Assembly (NCBI GenBank): GCA_951406725.2
Contig: OX597815.1
Span: 57,660,001-57,724,000 of the forward strand
DNA length: 64,000 nucleotides
Direction: 5' to 3'
DNA from: Octopus vulgaris
Taxonomy: Eukaryota
The notes beneath the pieces are model-generated. The model saw only the letters and a list, made by a program, of their open reading frames with translations. It was not told where the DNA came from and did no database searches. Both the position numbers and the translations under genes were made by a program. This document shows, piece by piece, positions 27,008 to 40,072 of this stretch (position 1 is the first letter of the stretch; each line of letters begins with the position of its first letter).

Positions 27008-27525
27008 TTTTTTTTTCTTTTTTTTTTTTCTTTTTTTTTTTCCGATTAGATTTATTATTATTATTACTAATATTGTTGTTATACATACATACAAGCATAT
27101 GTAATGATAATAATGGGTGGATGTAAACACATGAACAAAATTAGAACAAAAGCAACAACAACAAAAACAAAATACAAATTACAAGAATGTATATAAACAG
27201 AAGATACAAATATTACAGGCATCCTCCCCACACACACACACTAAATAAACATAGACGCACATAGAGATATAAGCATGCGCAAATGAAGACATGCAATAGA
27301 AATACAAAATGGCTGACGGTTAGTAAGGAGAGACACAAATAAGTGAGAAGAAAACAAAGGACCACTGATGCGGTCACAGGAGTGTGACGAAAGAACTTTG
27401 GCCGAAATAAGATTAAGATTAATGTAAAAAATAAATATCACTGAAGCAAAATAACACCAAATATATAGTGCGTGTGTTTTTATTGGCTAAACTGGCAATA
27501 TGACCATTCCGAAATATAACAATAT
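25897..27525 (-). mobile_element. 5'-truncated Penelope-like element: GIY-YIG fragment (26568-26880) between inverted pseudo-LTR copies
   Basis: Arms ~25897-26534 and ~26889-27525 are near-identical reverse complements. The spacer encodes VYSIRC...C...[16 protein letters not shown]...H...H...RQITEA..I...PSLN.K.EW. Confidence 0.9.
27359..27403 (+). ncRNA. Hammerhead-like variant in pseudo-LTR (second copy at 26019-26063, minus strand)
   Basis: GGACCA CTGATGCG GTCAC aggagt GTGAC GAAAGAACTT TGGCC; core CUGAUGCG in place of CUGANGA. Confidence 0.55.
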
Positions 27526-27576
27526 CTGTTTCAACACACAACTTCACATAAAAAATCTTGCACAACAAATATTTAA

Positions 27577-27612
<36 letters not shown>

Positions 27613-27953
27613 GTATAGGTATATATATTCTTCTTCTCCTCCTCCCCTTCATCTTCTTCTCCTTCCCTACCAAGTATTCACAATGACCTCGAACCCACAA
27701 GAGTAAACAAGAGAGAGAGAAACAGGCAGAAACAAGGAAAATGCCACTTGTATTTGAACACTATGCAAATATTCTTTTAAAATACTTTCCTTTTTATTTT
27801 TCCAAAATTTAATTATTTTCCATACTTACCAGTTGAAAAAGTCTCAACGACTGAAACCGGTACTGAAATGTTTTTTATAAAATTATTTTAGCATTTTCTA
27901 TCTTGACTTTTTTCCATATACAAATGTATATATACATATTTATGTATATATAC

Positions 27954-28003
<50 letters not shown>

Positions 28004-28134
28004 GTAAATATATATGTATATGTACATATATATATGCATATATATACATACACACATATATATATGCATATATACATACATATATTGTATATATATATAT
28101 GTATTTATGTATGTATATATGTATTTATATACTC

Positions 28135-29815
28135 GTATCATTATCATCATCGTTTAACGTCTGCTTTCCATGCTAGCATGGGTTGGACGATTAGATTGAG
28201 GACTGGTGAACCAGATGGCTGCACCAGGTTCCAATCTGATGTGGCAGAGTTTCTATAGCTGGATGCCCTTCCTAACACCAACTACTCTGTGAGTGTAGTG
28301 AGCGTTTTTTCGTGCCACCGGCACGAGGGCCGTCAGGTAGTACTGGCAATGGCTACGTTCAAATGGTGTCTTTTACATGCCACCTGCACAGGAGCCAGTC
28401 CAGCAGACTAGCAACGACCTCACTCGAATGTTTTCCATGTGCCACCGGCACAAGTACCAGTAAGGCTACGCTAGTAACGATCATGCTCAAATGGTGCTTT
28501 TTACGTGCCAACAGCACGGAAGACAGCTGTTCTAGCAATGATCACACTTGGATGTTGCTCTTAGTGCCCCACTAGCACGGATGCCAGTCATATTTCCAAA
28601 GGTCTCGGTCACTAGTCATTGCCTCGGTGAAGCCTAATTTTCGAAGGTCATGCTTCACCACCTCATCCCAGGTCTTCCTGGGTCTACCTGTTCCACAGGT
28701 TCCCTCAACTGCTTGGGTGTGGCACTTCTTCACACAGCTATCCTCATCCATTCTTGCCACATGACCATACCAGCGCTGTTGTCTCTCTTGCACACCACAA
28801 CTGATGCTTCTTAGGTCCAACCTTTCTCTTAAGGTACTTACACTCTGTCGATTATGCACACTGATATTACACATCCATCAGAGCATACTGGCTTCGTTCC
28901 TTGTGAGCTTACGCATGTCCTCAGCAGTGATGGCCCATGTTTCACTGCCATGTAGCATGGCTGTTCGTACACATCCGTCATACTGTCTGCCTTTTACTCT
29001 GAGCGAGAGGCCCTTTGTCACCAGCAGAGGTAAGAGCTATTCTTATTCTAGCAGCTACACTTTCAGTGCACCCTCTCCTGCTACTGACTGGGTCACCTAG
29101 GTAACAGAAGCTATCAACTACTTCTAATTTTTCTCCCTGGAATGTGGCAGAAGTTGTTCTTTGCACATTTTCTGTGTTTATTACTCCTGAGCATCTGCCA
29201 CATACAAAAACTATCTTCCTAGCTAGCCTTCCTTTGATATTGCTGCACCTCTTATATATCCATAGCTTACATTTATAGAGTTTCTACCTACGCCTTTTCT
29301 ACAGATCGAGCAGGGCCATCTACCTGAAGGGATTTGTGGTTTGCCTGTCTTCCTACTTATTAGAACTTTGGTTTTAGCTAGGTTGACTTTAAGGCCCTTC
29401 GATTCTTATCCTTGTTTCCATGCCTGGAACTTCTCTTCTAGTTCTAATAGGGACTCAGCAATTAGAGCAAGGTCATCAGCATACAGGAGCTCCCAGAGGC
29501 ATCCTGTCTTGAATTCCTCTGTTATTGTCTGGAGGACTATAATAAATAGGAGGGGGTTAAGGACTGAACCTTGGTGGACCTCTACCTCTTCACTGTAGTC
29601 GTTGTCAACCCTCACCTTACTGACAGTGCCCCTGTACATGGCTTGTACAGCTCTCACCAATCTCTCATCTAACCCTAGTTTCCTCATTGACCACCAGATA
29701 AGGGATCAGGGGACCCTGTCAAAGGCTTTCTCAACGTCAGCAAAAGCCAGGTACAGAGGTTTATATTTAGCTAGGTATTTCTCCTGCAGCTGTCTTACCA
29801 GAAATATGGTTTTTA
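28135..29815 (-). mobile_element. RTE LINE, 5'-truncated (RT to 3' tail)
   Basis: VHQGSVLNPLLF, ELLYADDLAL, GRPRKTW; minisatellite 3' UTR; ends in GACGTTAAACGATGATAATG. Confidence 0.9.
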
Positions 29816-30559
29816 CATGATACCAATATCACCAAGTAACTTGCAAGACAAAGTTCCTTCAAATGAGCATGGTTGTTGTATTGAGAGATAGTTTTTATGC
29901 AAGGTGATAAGAGTTTAAATAAAGTATGACAGAGGGATAGAAATAGATATATCTTGCTGTAGAAGAAATACATGGCTACCCCAGTTGGAAAGAGAGAGGA
30001 GAGAGCTGGTGATGTTTTGGGGCATGCCTTCAAGTTACAGGGAAGTGAATATCAGTGGTACTGTCATAAACCAGCTTAAAGAAGGTTTTATTCAAGCTTT
30101 ATTCTGCTCACTAATCTGTTAATCATGGCTGTCCACTGATTAAAACGCGTTGTTTTATATTAGGTGAAAACATCATTCAACACTATGCCACATTTTTGTA
30201 CTCTATAAAATAAGATATCTATAATTTTATCTCTTATTTACTATTGTAGAAAGAAATTAATGATAGGATATTATAGTTCATAACAGGTACAGAGAGTTAG
30301 ACAGTATGAGTAGGCAGGTAAATTTGCATGAGTGCCAAAGAAGAGTGGAAGATAAAGCGGGGAGGAATACAGTGAATGGTGAACACTAGTGGAAGGGAAT
30401 GGGTTAGAAAATGAGTTGTTGGGGAGAGATTTGTCAGGGACATTGTATACAGGTATAAATAACGTGTCTTTAGGACTTCATTTTTACTTCAATGAATGGG
30501 TCTTCTCAAACACAGCAAATTGGCAATCATCTTGGTCCTTTGTCATCTCTGTGAGTCTC

Positions 30560-33312
30560 AACATCCAGAGATCATTTTTACCACTTTGTCCTGGATCCCC
30601 CTCTTTCACAGATTCCATTCACATTTAGTGATCTGCATTTCTGTATGCAACTGACCTCATCCATATGCATCACATGACCAGTCTTCTCTCTTGCTCACTA
30701 CTTCTGATGCCTCTTATGTCCAATTTTTCTTTCAATACATCTACATTTTATTATACATGTACATTGATGTTGCACATTTAGTAGAGCATGCTAGCTTTGT
30801 TTCTTTCAAGCTTTTGCATTTTCTCTGCATTCACAGCTCACCTTTCACAACCAGGTAGCATTGTTGTTTGTATACAAGCATCATGCAGTTGATCTTTCAC
30901 TCTGAATGAGAGACCTTTTGTTGTCAACAGAGGTACTAGCTCTTTGAACTTTTTCCATCCTACTCTTATTCTAGCTACTATGCTTTTAGAACAACTTCCT
31001 TCACTGCTAATTAGATCACCTAGGTAATAAACTGTAACTTTCATGACCTGGCCCAGCAATTTGATTCCTCTGTAATTACTTCTGTGTAAGGCCTCTCCTT
31101 TACTCAAGTAACAGTTGACTACAATACTGCAACATCATTTGTTGGGTATGATACCTTTCTGTTTCTTTTGTTAGTAGTCTCTCAACTCTGAAAAAGATGA
31201 TTCTGCAGTTTCTTGCTGAACAACCAGCACAGATGATTTTTTTTATAGTTAACTGTACTTGAGCTCACTCTCTCCATCAAATTAACATTGCTTGTACAAG
31301 TGCACAGTGTGCTACTTGTTAGGGGTTGAAGTGATTGCAGAGCAACATGAAATTAAGTGTTTTGCACAAGAATATAATGCACTATCTGATCTGGGAATTG
31401 AAACCTTGATCTTGCAACCACAAGTGCAACACCCTAGCTGCTAGGCCCCATGCTCTCACTACCTCCCTGCACAACCTCATTAACTAGATAGGTTATATGG
31501 GTGATGAAGCCATACTCCACTCCACCAGAAATTTTAAGCATCTTTGTGGTAATTCCTGATTGGCCTGGGGCCTACTCTTTCTTCATATCTTTGTTTTATC
31601 TATCATACTGCTGTTAACTGGGATAGCTGTTCCCCCTGTTGGCTCTCTTTCTCCCATACATACTCCACATTAGCTTTTTATAGTAGCACAACCATCTGTA
31701 TGCACTTCTCTCCCACATCACAACTTTTTCTAATACACTGTCTTACAATCTAGAATACTTCATGCTTCTGATCCACATGCCACAGAACATTAGCAAAGCT
31801 TTTCCTTTCTGCATCTCCCATTGCTAGATGGACCTATTTCCTAGCTTCCCTTCTAGCTACTCTTCTATCCCTATTCATCCCATCCATCCAAACCTGTTAT
31901 CATCCTATTCCACAACCATGTCATCCTTGATCTGGCTAGAACATTACACCAGCCACAGATTTGGTCTGTTGCCCTCAATAAGTTGTCCTGATGGAACTTC
32001 CAGTTTTCAGTATTATAAATCTCTATCTTCTTTTCATTAACCCTTTTGTTACTATATTTCTGACCAAAATACACCCCTTATGTGTTTCAATTAATTTTTA
32101 ACATAATCATAAATTTAGTCTGGTTTCATTAAACAACTATAACTTTTTTATTTATCAATATATTAATGTGATTTTTGGAAGATAATTTAATGAAATGTTC
32201 TCAACCAATTCTATACTATAATTTTTTCACAAAGTGACTCTAATTGCAGGTAGATACAGGTAAATTCAACAAAATATAAAATTATTAAAATTTTTGTTCA
32301 AACATCGCTATAGAAAATGGGTTATTAGCTAATATTCAATTGGGTATACAACAAAATTTTACTATAGAATTTGTTATTATGGGTAACTTTCTGATACCCA
32401 TAATAATATTTATAGCAAAATAGGCCTTAATTTCATTTAAGGTTGTGGGAAACCACAAAATATCCTATCTTTCACTTTGTTTACATTTAGCGTAATGGTT
32501 CGTTTCCGCCGTAATGATTTCAAATAGGCTCATTCGAAAAAGTAAATAGAAATAGTCTTTGCTACCCCCTTTTTTCCATTTTTTCCAGACCTGTTTCTCT
32601 CTTTTATAATTCTGTCAATGTCACTGTTCCACCACCACATCACCCTCGGTCTGACAGAGGCTTTGCTCCAACAACAGATTTGGTCTGTTGCCTTCAGTAG
32701 ATTGTCCCATAGGAACTTCCACTTATCCTCTACATCATATGCCTCTATCTCTTTCTCCTTCTCATCAAAGGCCTCATTAAAGACAAATCTGCCTATTTGA
32801 AGGATCCTTGAGCTTCCACAACCTCCTTTACCATATTGTCTTGCGTCTCTGGATCTTTCTGATCCTAAGCTTGAAGTCACTAACTGCTAGCTTATGTTGA
32901 GTTGTACATTCTTCACCTGGAAAATATTTTTGCATTTACAAGCATTTATCCTTGTGTCTGATGAAGATGTAGTTAGTCTGGATGGTGTCCCACCCCCCAC
33001 CCCATATTGATAAATGATCAGATGATTTGCAGGTTTTCTGAAGTTGGTGTTGCAGGCCAGTAAGATATGAGCATCACATAACACTAGCAGCCTTGTCCCC
33101 TCTTTATTTCTGAAGCCGAAGTCATAACCTCCATGCACACCCTGAAATCCATCAGAGTGTTTTCCAGCATGTCCATTGAAGTCCCCTGCTATGATGAGAA
33201 TGTCATCATCTTTCATTATCAAGGTAGTCCTCAGAAGGAATTCGTAGAAGTAGTCCTTCTGAGTGTCTGTGAGTCTGGCATGCAGAGCATATACAAAGAT
33301 AACTAACACTGT
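30560..33312 (-). mobile_element. Older, fragmented RTE LINE (endonuclease to C-terminus), interrupted by short repeats
   Basis: IAGDFNGH.G..SDGF.GVHGG..FG.RN.EG (32887-33312), W..LL.ATDQICGW, KGEAL..SNYRGIKLL. Confidence 0.8.
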
Positions 33313-36300
33313 TAGAGAGAGATCGAGGAAGAGAGGGTGATATCCAAAACAGAGAAATGACAAACACCTGTCAAAGTGTGGGTTTTTTTGCCCTAGTAAC
33401 CACAGCTTTTCTGATAGGGATTTCTCACCTAGTCCACTCACTTCCTTGCCTCTTTTTACATGTCCCTGTAAATTTTGGAGCGAATCCGACTGCGTTTAGT
33501 GCCCCTCAACATGTACCAATCCCCAAACCAGACAAACAAATTTTACGGATTTCAGATTTATAACAGAGACTAGCTTAAGGTGACCCACTCTACACGCGGG
33601 TGAGTGTGTCGTTACTTTCTGTTTCTTATCGCCAGATTCTACCGCTCTGTTTCTCCTTTCTCTTTCACTTTCCCTTTCTCTTACTCTTTATCCTTCTCTA
33701 TCTATCTCTCTCCCATTTATAAAATTTAGATTTCCTAGCAGAGAAACCCGATCTTGCTCGGGATTGAAATAGTTTATCATTTTATTTGTTTCGGTATTAT
33801 AACCCAATTTCATTCGGGTCTACGTGGGCCACACTTTAAAAGATGAGGAATTTTGCCTTAGAGGCCACACCTTTCAATTGATCAAACTGAAAGTTGCCAT
33901 GCAAACTCGCCAGGACTTTTCACATAGGTGTGCAAATTTTCAGCTCACTCTGACCATATTTACTAACACGTTTGCCTGTATAACTGCTTGTGAGACAACG
34001 TCCGCCCTTTTCACAAATAGCTTAGGATTCAAAGGGCATAGTTTTTCATTGTTTTACTTGTTTGATTAGTATAACCTGATTTCTTTTGGGTCTACTTGGG
34101 CCACATTTTAAAACATGAGGAATTTTGTTCTAGAGGTTATGCCTTTCATTTGAGGAAAAAAATAGTTGCCATTCAAACTCGCCAGCACTTTTAACATAGG
34201 TGTACGTATTTTCAGCTCAATCTGACCACATAATGCACACATTATATATATATATATATATATACACACACATTATATATATATATGTGTGTGTATGCAT
34301 TATATAGATAAATGTATACAAATTATATATATACCCTTTGTATATATATACATTATATATACATATTTACATATAAATATGCACACACACACAGACACAC
34401 ACATAAATTAACCCAATAAATATATGATTCATAATATTTGTTCTCATGATTGTGTGGTGGTGGGGTGCGATAATAATTCAGCGTTGTAAAGGTCCTGTAG
34501 TGGGATTATTGAAACTTTTGCGACTGTTGAAGCTTCCTCTCTATGAATACAGACAGACGTAGAAAGAGAGAGAGAGAGGCAGTTGGAGAAAGAGTGACAG
34601 AGCTGGCAAAGGTGGCAGGGGAAAGAGAGTGGAAACTGTTAAACATCGTTTCTTCTTTCTCTTTCACTTTCCCACTCTCTTACTCTTCCTTTCTCTCAGA
34701 CTCTCCCTTGCTTTCTCTTACTCTCTATCTTTCTCTATCTGTCTCTCACCCATTTATGAAAAACAAAAGATCTTGAGTAAGTTGAGAAAGAAAATATTTT
34801 GAAAGATAAATCATAAATATCAGGCAGTGACAACGGAAAGCACACTTGTGTTTTGTACATACCACTATTTGAGTGATTAAGAATTAGGAAAATAAAGGAT
34901 TTCATTGTTAAATTTAGTAATTATTTTGGGAATTTTTCAAGGATTAGGGTATTGCCTGGAAAATTCCAAGGAAATTGGTACTTCTTGTAAAGTTCCAGGG
35001 ATTTGTGTGTTTCCTAGAAAGTTCCAAGGATTAGGTAAAATTACTTCCTGGAAAGTTCCGAGGATCAGTGTATTTGCTGGAAAGTTCCGAGTATAAGGGA
35101 AAATTACTTCCTTGAAATTCCGATGATTAAAAATAAGGAAAAAAGGATTTCTTTGTTAAATTTAGTACTTATTTTGGGAATTTTTCGACAATTGACTATG
35201 CAAATGAAAGCTCTAAACACGGGCTATATGCAGCTGTAAATTTCTTTCAGAAAAAATTAAAAATGAAAAGCAAAACTACATAGAAATGAGAAATTTTTTC
35301 AACTTCAAAAATCTTGCCTTAATTTTCAAAATTTTGAACCCTTTTTTCGCGCTTACATCACAAATCCACTTCCACTTTAGCATGTTGAAATTTGATTGAA
35401 ATTGGGCAAAAGATGTCCAATCTAGACCCCCAAGTGTCACCGAAAATCAATAAAATCCCAGTTTTCACAGCAAAGCAACCACTTTAGCACCCCAAAACGT
35501 TTCCCAATCAATTTCTCACCACAAATTACCCCCTCCTGTAAATTTTAATCCCCATTTAGACCCCATTTTACATAAAAATCCAGTTTGTATCAATGTTTGC
35601 CTTCTTCATTTTATAGATAGGATTAGATGCCAATCTCGTCAATCTGGAGGGGCTTAGAGTCCCCTTGAATCTTCTCACCATAGCAACCACATCTTTCCAG
35701 ATGGTGAGTTTTAACCTACTCAACTTTCTGCCTCATCACGCCTTCTATGCCTGTGTCAATTTTCAGCTCGATCCGACCGCTGGTCTGGCCGCCAAGCTCT
35801 GATGTAGCAAAATGTGCACACAATTTTGACCCAAAGCCTCTTTTATATATATAGATAGCATCTAAACCTGGTCTTGCTCAGGATTAATATAGTTTATCAT
35901 TATTTTATTTGTTTCGGTATTATAACTCGATTTCATTCAGGTCTACATGGGCCACATTTTAAAAGATGAGGAATTTTGCCCTAGAGGCCACACCTTTCAA
36001 TTGAGCAAACCTTGCTTGGGATTAAAATGGCATAGTTTTTCATTGTTTTACTTGTTTGGTTAATATAACCTGATTTCATTCGAGTCTACTCGGGCCACAT
36101 TTCAAAAGATGAGGAATTTTGTCCTAGAGGTCATGCCTTTCATTTGAGGAAAAAAATAGTTGCCATGCAAGCTCGCCAGCACTTTTAACATAGGTGTGCA
36201 TATTTTCAGCTCAATCCATCCACATAATGCACACATTATATATATATGTGTGTAAGTGTGTATGCATTATATATACAAATGTATACAAATTACATATATC

Positions 36301-38990
36301 TATATATATATATATATACAGATATATACACTTTGTATATATATATACATTATATATATATTTATATATAGATACACACACACACACATATATAAATTAA
36401 CCTAATAAATATCTGATTCATAATATTGTTCTCATGATTGTGTGGTGGTGGTGGGTGATAATAATTCCCTGTTATAAAGGACCTATGGCAGGAATATTCA
36501 AAATTTTGCGGTTGTTAACACTTTCTCTCTATGAATGCAGACAGACGTACAGAGAGAGAGAAAGAGGTGGTGGGAAGAAAGAGTGACAGAGCTGGCGAAG
36601 ATGGCGAGGGAAAGATAGTGGAAGCTGTCAATAGAGAGAAAGTGAAGGGAAGGGAGGAAAGAGAGAGAAAGACGGAGAAAGACAGGCAGATATGCAAAAG
36701 ACAGAAACGACAAACACTTGTCAAAGTGGGGTTTTTTGCCCTAGTAACCACAGCTTTTCTGATAGGGATTTCTCACCTAGTCCTCTCACTTCCTCGCCTC
36801 TTTTTACATGTCCCTGTAAATTTTGGAGCGAATCCAACCGCATTTAGTGCCCCTTAACTCATTCCAGTCGCAAAACCAGACAAACTTTTTTGCATTTCAG
36901 AATTATAATATAGAGACTAGCTTAAGGTGACCTGCTCTACGCGCGGGTGATGTTTTGGTTGTTGGACCAATGTTTTAATGTAGCATTGTTTTATTGTTTT
37001 AAAACGAAAGAGGCAATGCATTTATTTCTAAAAAAAAAAAAAAAAAAAAGACAAACGTCCGCCAATGGGAAGACAGTTCATATTGGATTAGAGCACTCTG
37101 GGTATAATCATAAAATTGAAAAATGGAATTTCGGAGGCGAATATTGTCGAGGACTCTAAACAAATAAAGTTTTTAACCTGCAAGAAGATAGTTTAAACCA
37201 AAAAAGGCAGACTGTAAACTCACATCTGCAATAGTGTATGAAATTAGAATTCACACCCAGCTCAGTTTTGTAGAAAGGGTATCATGACGTGAACACATGA
37301 GTTGGGAGTTTGACTGACAGAGGTTATATGGTGACACATGCCAGTCCTTTCGACACCACCTAAACAATGGAACAGTGTATAAAATGTAATTAACAACTCA
37401 TTCACTTTATGAATGTCTTATGTTGGTGAAGAAACAATAACTTGACAAAACCGTTCAATGGAGACGTAGAAGGAATCGGAAAATGAGGAATAAAGAGACG
37501 AATGAGTTGGATCAAATGTTTGCAAACATCTTAACCCAATCTTCTTTATGAACCATGTTCTTTTTAATATCTTTATTTTCAAGAATGAAGATGTGCAGAA
37601 GAAACGACAATCATACAGTGGAAGAAAGAGTAACAGATGCTATCAAACGACGTTATAGAGAGAATGTGAAAGGAAGGGAGGAAGAAAAGGTCATATATGA
37701 AAGAGAGAAGACTTGTCAAAGTGTGCGTTTTTTGCCCTAGTAACCACACCTTTTAAGATAGGGATTTCTAACCTAGCCCACTCGCATCCTCACCTCATTT
37801 TACATGTCCCTGTAAATTTTGGAAGAAAGAGTAACAGAGAGACGGCGAAGCTTCAAACGTAATTATAGAAAGAAAGTAGAGGGAAGGGGGAAAAGAGAGA
37901 GATCGAGGAAGAAAAGGTCATATATGAAAGAGAGGATTGAAAAATAAAATATTTTGAAACCTAAAGATGATTTGGTTTACAATGAGAAAACGAATGAAAT
38001 AGTTAAGAAGTAAATATTTCAAAACTGGAAAATTTTCAAATTTACTGACAAACTTTTGTTAATGACGGTTGCCTTGAGCATACAAATAAATTCTTTAAAG
38101 TCTTTTATCCACGCAAAATAATAACATATCTTCTGATAAATAATATGTTATAATTGTGTGGTGGTGGTGGGAGATAATAATTCACCTTTCTGAAAGACCT
38201 GTGGTGGGAATATTTAAACTTTTGCGGCTGTCATGTTTCGTCTTTATAGATACAAACAGAAATACATTGAGCGACGTGTTGGAGAAGAAAGAGAGATGGC
38301 GGAGGTGTCAAACATCGTTATAGAGAGAGAATGTGTAGGGAAGGGGGAAAAGAGAGAGATCGAGGAAGACAAGGTGATATATGAAAAGAGAGGACTGAAA
38401 AATGAAATATTTTGAAACCTAAAGATGATTTGTTTTAAGAGAAAGATTCTCATGATTGTGTTTTGGTGGTGGTAGCGATGATAATTCTCTTTATGAATGC
38501 AGACAGACGTAGACAGAGAGAGAGTGACAGTGCTTGCGAAGGCGGTGGAGGAAAGATAGTAGACGCTATCAAACGACGTTATAGAGAGAAATTGAAAGGA
38601 AGGAAGGAAGGAAAGAGAGAGAGAGAGAGATGGAGGAAGACAGGCAGATAATAAAATGTGATGGCGGCGGGGGAAAGATAATAGACGCTGTGAAATGACG
38701 TTATAGAGAGAAGGTGAAAGGAAGGGAGGAAAGAGAGAGTGAGAGATGGAGAAAGACAGATGCATAAAAGAATGAGAGTAGACTTATCAAAGTGTGCGTT
38801 TTTGGCCCTAGCAACGACACCTTTTAAGATGGGGATTTCTAACCCAGCCCACTCGCATCCTCACCTCATTTTACATGTCCCTGTAAATTTCAGAGTCAAT
38901 CCGACAGGATCAAGTGCCCTTTAACCTGTTCTCAATGCCAAAACCAAACAAACAAACTTTTTGCATTTCAGAATTATAATATAAAAAAGA
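33312..38990 (-). mobile_element. Stack of head-to-tail and nested non-autonomous Helitron units
   Basis: Minus-strand hairpin+CTAG 3' ends at 33570, 33735 and 36917, and hairpin+CTA at 35856; TC-TATA 5' ends abut three of them. A ~200-bp module recurs at ~33370, 36720, 37715 and 38785; a ~700-bp module recurs at ~33740 and ~35860. Confidence 0.75.
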
Positions 38991-39129
38991 GATATAAGTC
39001 ACGTTTTTCTAAAGTATCAATGTGAATATATAGATATAAATATAATGAAGGTATATGTAAGTCTATGTATGTATGTGTATATATATGTATGTTTAGGGAT
39101 ATATATCAGTATATTTGTATATTTATTTG

Positions 39130-39780
39130 TTCATCTATGTGAAGGGGTATATATCTAATTTTGAAAATGCATATCTGGTGCAGTGGGAACATCTTGGAAT
39201 TTTCTCCACATGCTTGTTTACCAGGTTGTCATTACTTAGCAGGATGCACAATGCTTCCTCGAGGCAAAGGTCGCATATGCCAGATACGTGTGCATTTTTC
39301 ATTATTGACCATTCCATTTGGTATTTAATTTTTCTTTCCTTCAATTTCCATATTAGATCTGCTGGTGAAGTTGCGTGTCATCTCTTTACCTTTTGAAATG
39401 ATGAGATATGGTTTCGGTACTGAACATTAAATTAGTTTTCTGAGGCACCTATGTATGCATATTTTTGTTGTGGTGCAGTGATTGTGCTTTTATATATTAT
39501 GTTTTTTTGGACACATTGGTTCATGAGCGGCCATGAGGATTTCTTGCAGCAGGTACAGTTATTTGTACTATTATTATTTTCGTATTTGTCTTTTAACTTT
39601 TTGTTTTTGCAGTGTTCTGTTTGATTGTTAGTGTCTGAAGCATTCTTGGTGTTGTATTCGTCTTTTGTTGATTCTTTCTTTTGAAGTAACAAGAATTTGG
39701 TAAATAAGCATGTGGAGAAAATTCCAAGATGTTCCCGCCATGCCGAATATGAATTTTCAAGATTAAACACTGTGAAATAA
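39130..39780 (-). mobile_element. Penelope-like GIY-YIG relic with inverted partial copy of its own 3' end
   Basis: CTCCKKSSWPLMNQC.QKNIIYK...YIGASEN and WSI......CDLCLEEAL.IL...NLVNK..E....C.H; ~39695-39765 is an inverted diverged copy of ~39155-39230. Confidence 0.8.
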
Positions 39781-40072
39781 TAATAATTCAGGGAGTTTTT
39801 TTTCCCTCCTCTCTTTTCCATCCCACCTAAGTGTCTGTTCATAGTGGTCCAGCTCTCTATAAAAATATGTATTTTTACATAATCTCATGACCCATCACTG
39901 ACAAATAATATTACGAGTAATAACTAATAATAATTCGGTAAGTTCCCAGCGCACGTGTGTGCACATATGTATGCAAGTAGGAGACTGTGGGTGTATATAT
40001 ATTAATATATAAGTACACATATATTTATCAGCATGAATGTACCTACGCTTATGTATACACATGTGTATGTAG

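Noticed and set aside
25981-27441. Identical 66-aa ORF on both strands, suggesting a duplicated small gene
   Set aside because: A by-product of the inverted pseudo-LTR; GTG start and no recognisable domain.
26292-28258. Many ORFs rich in YIYIYI, CVCVCV or HTHT (also 10326-10617, 18270-18482, 20348-20590, 36194-36400)
   Set aside because: They are translations of (TA)n and (CA)n microsatellites, not genes.
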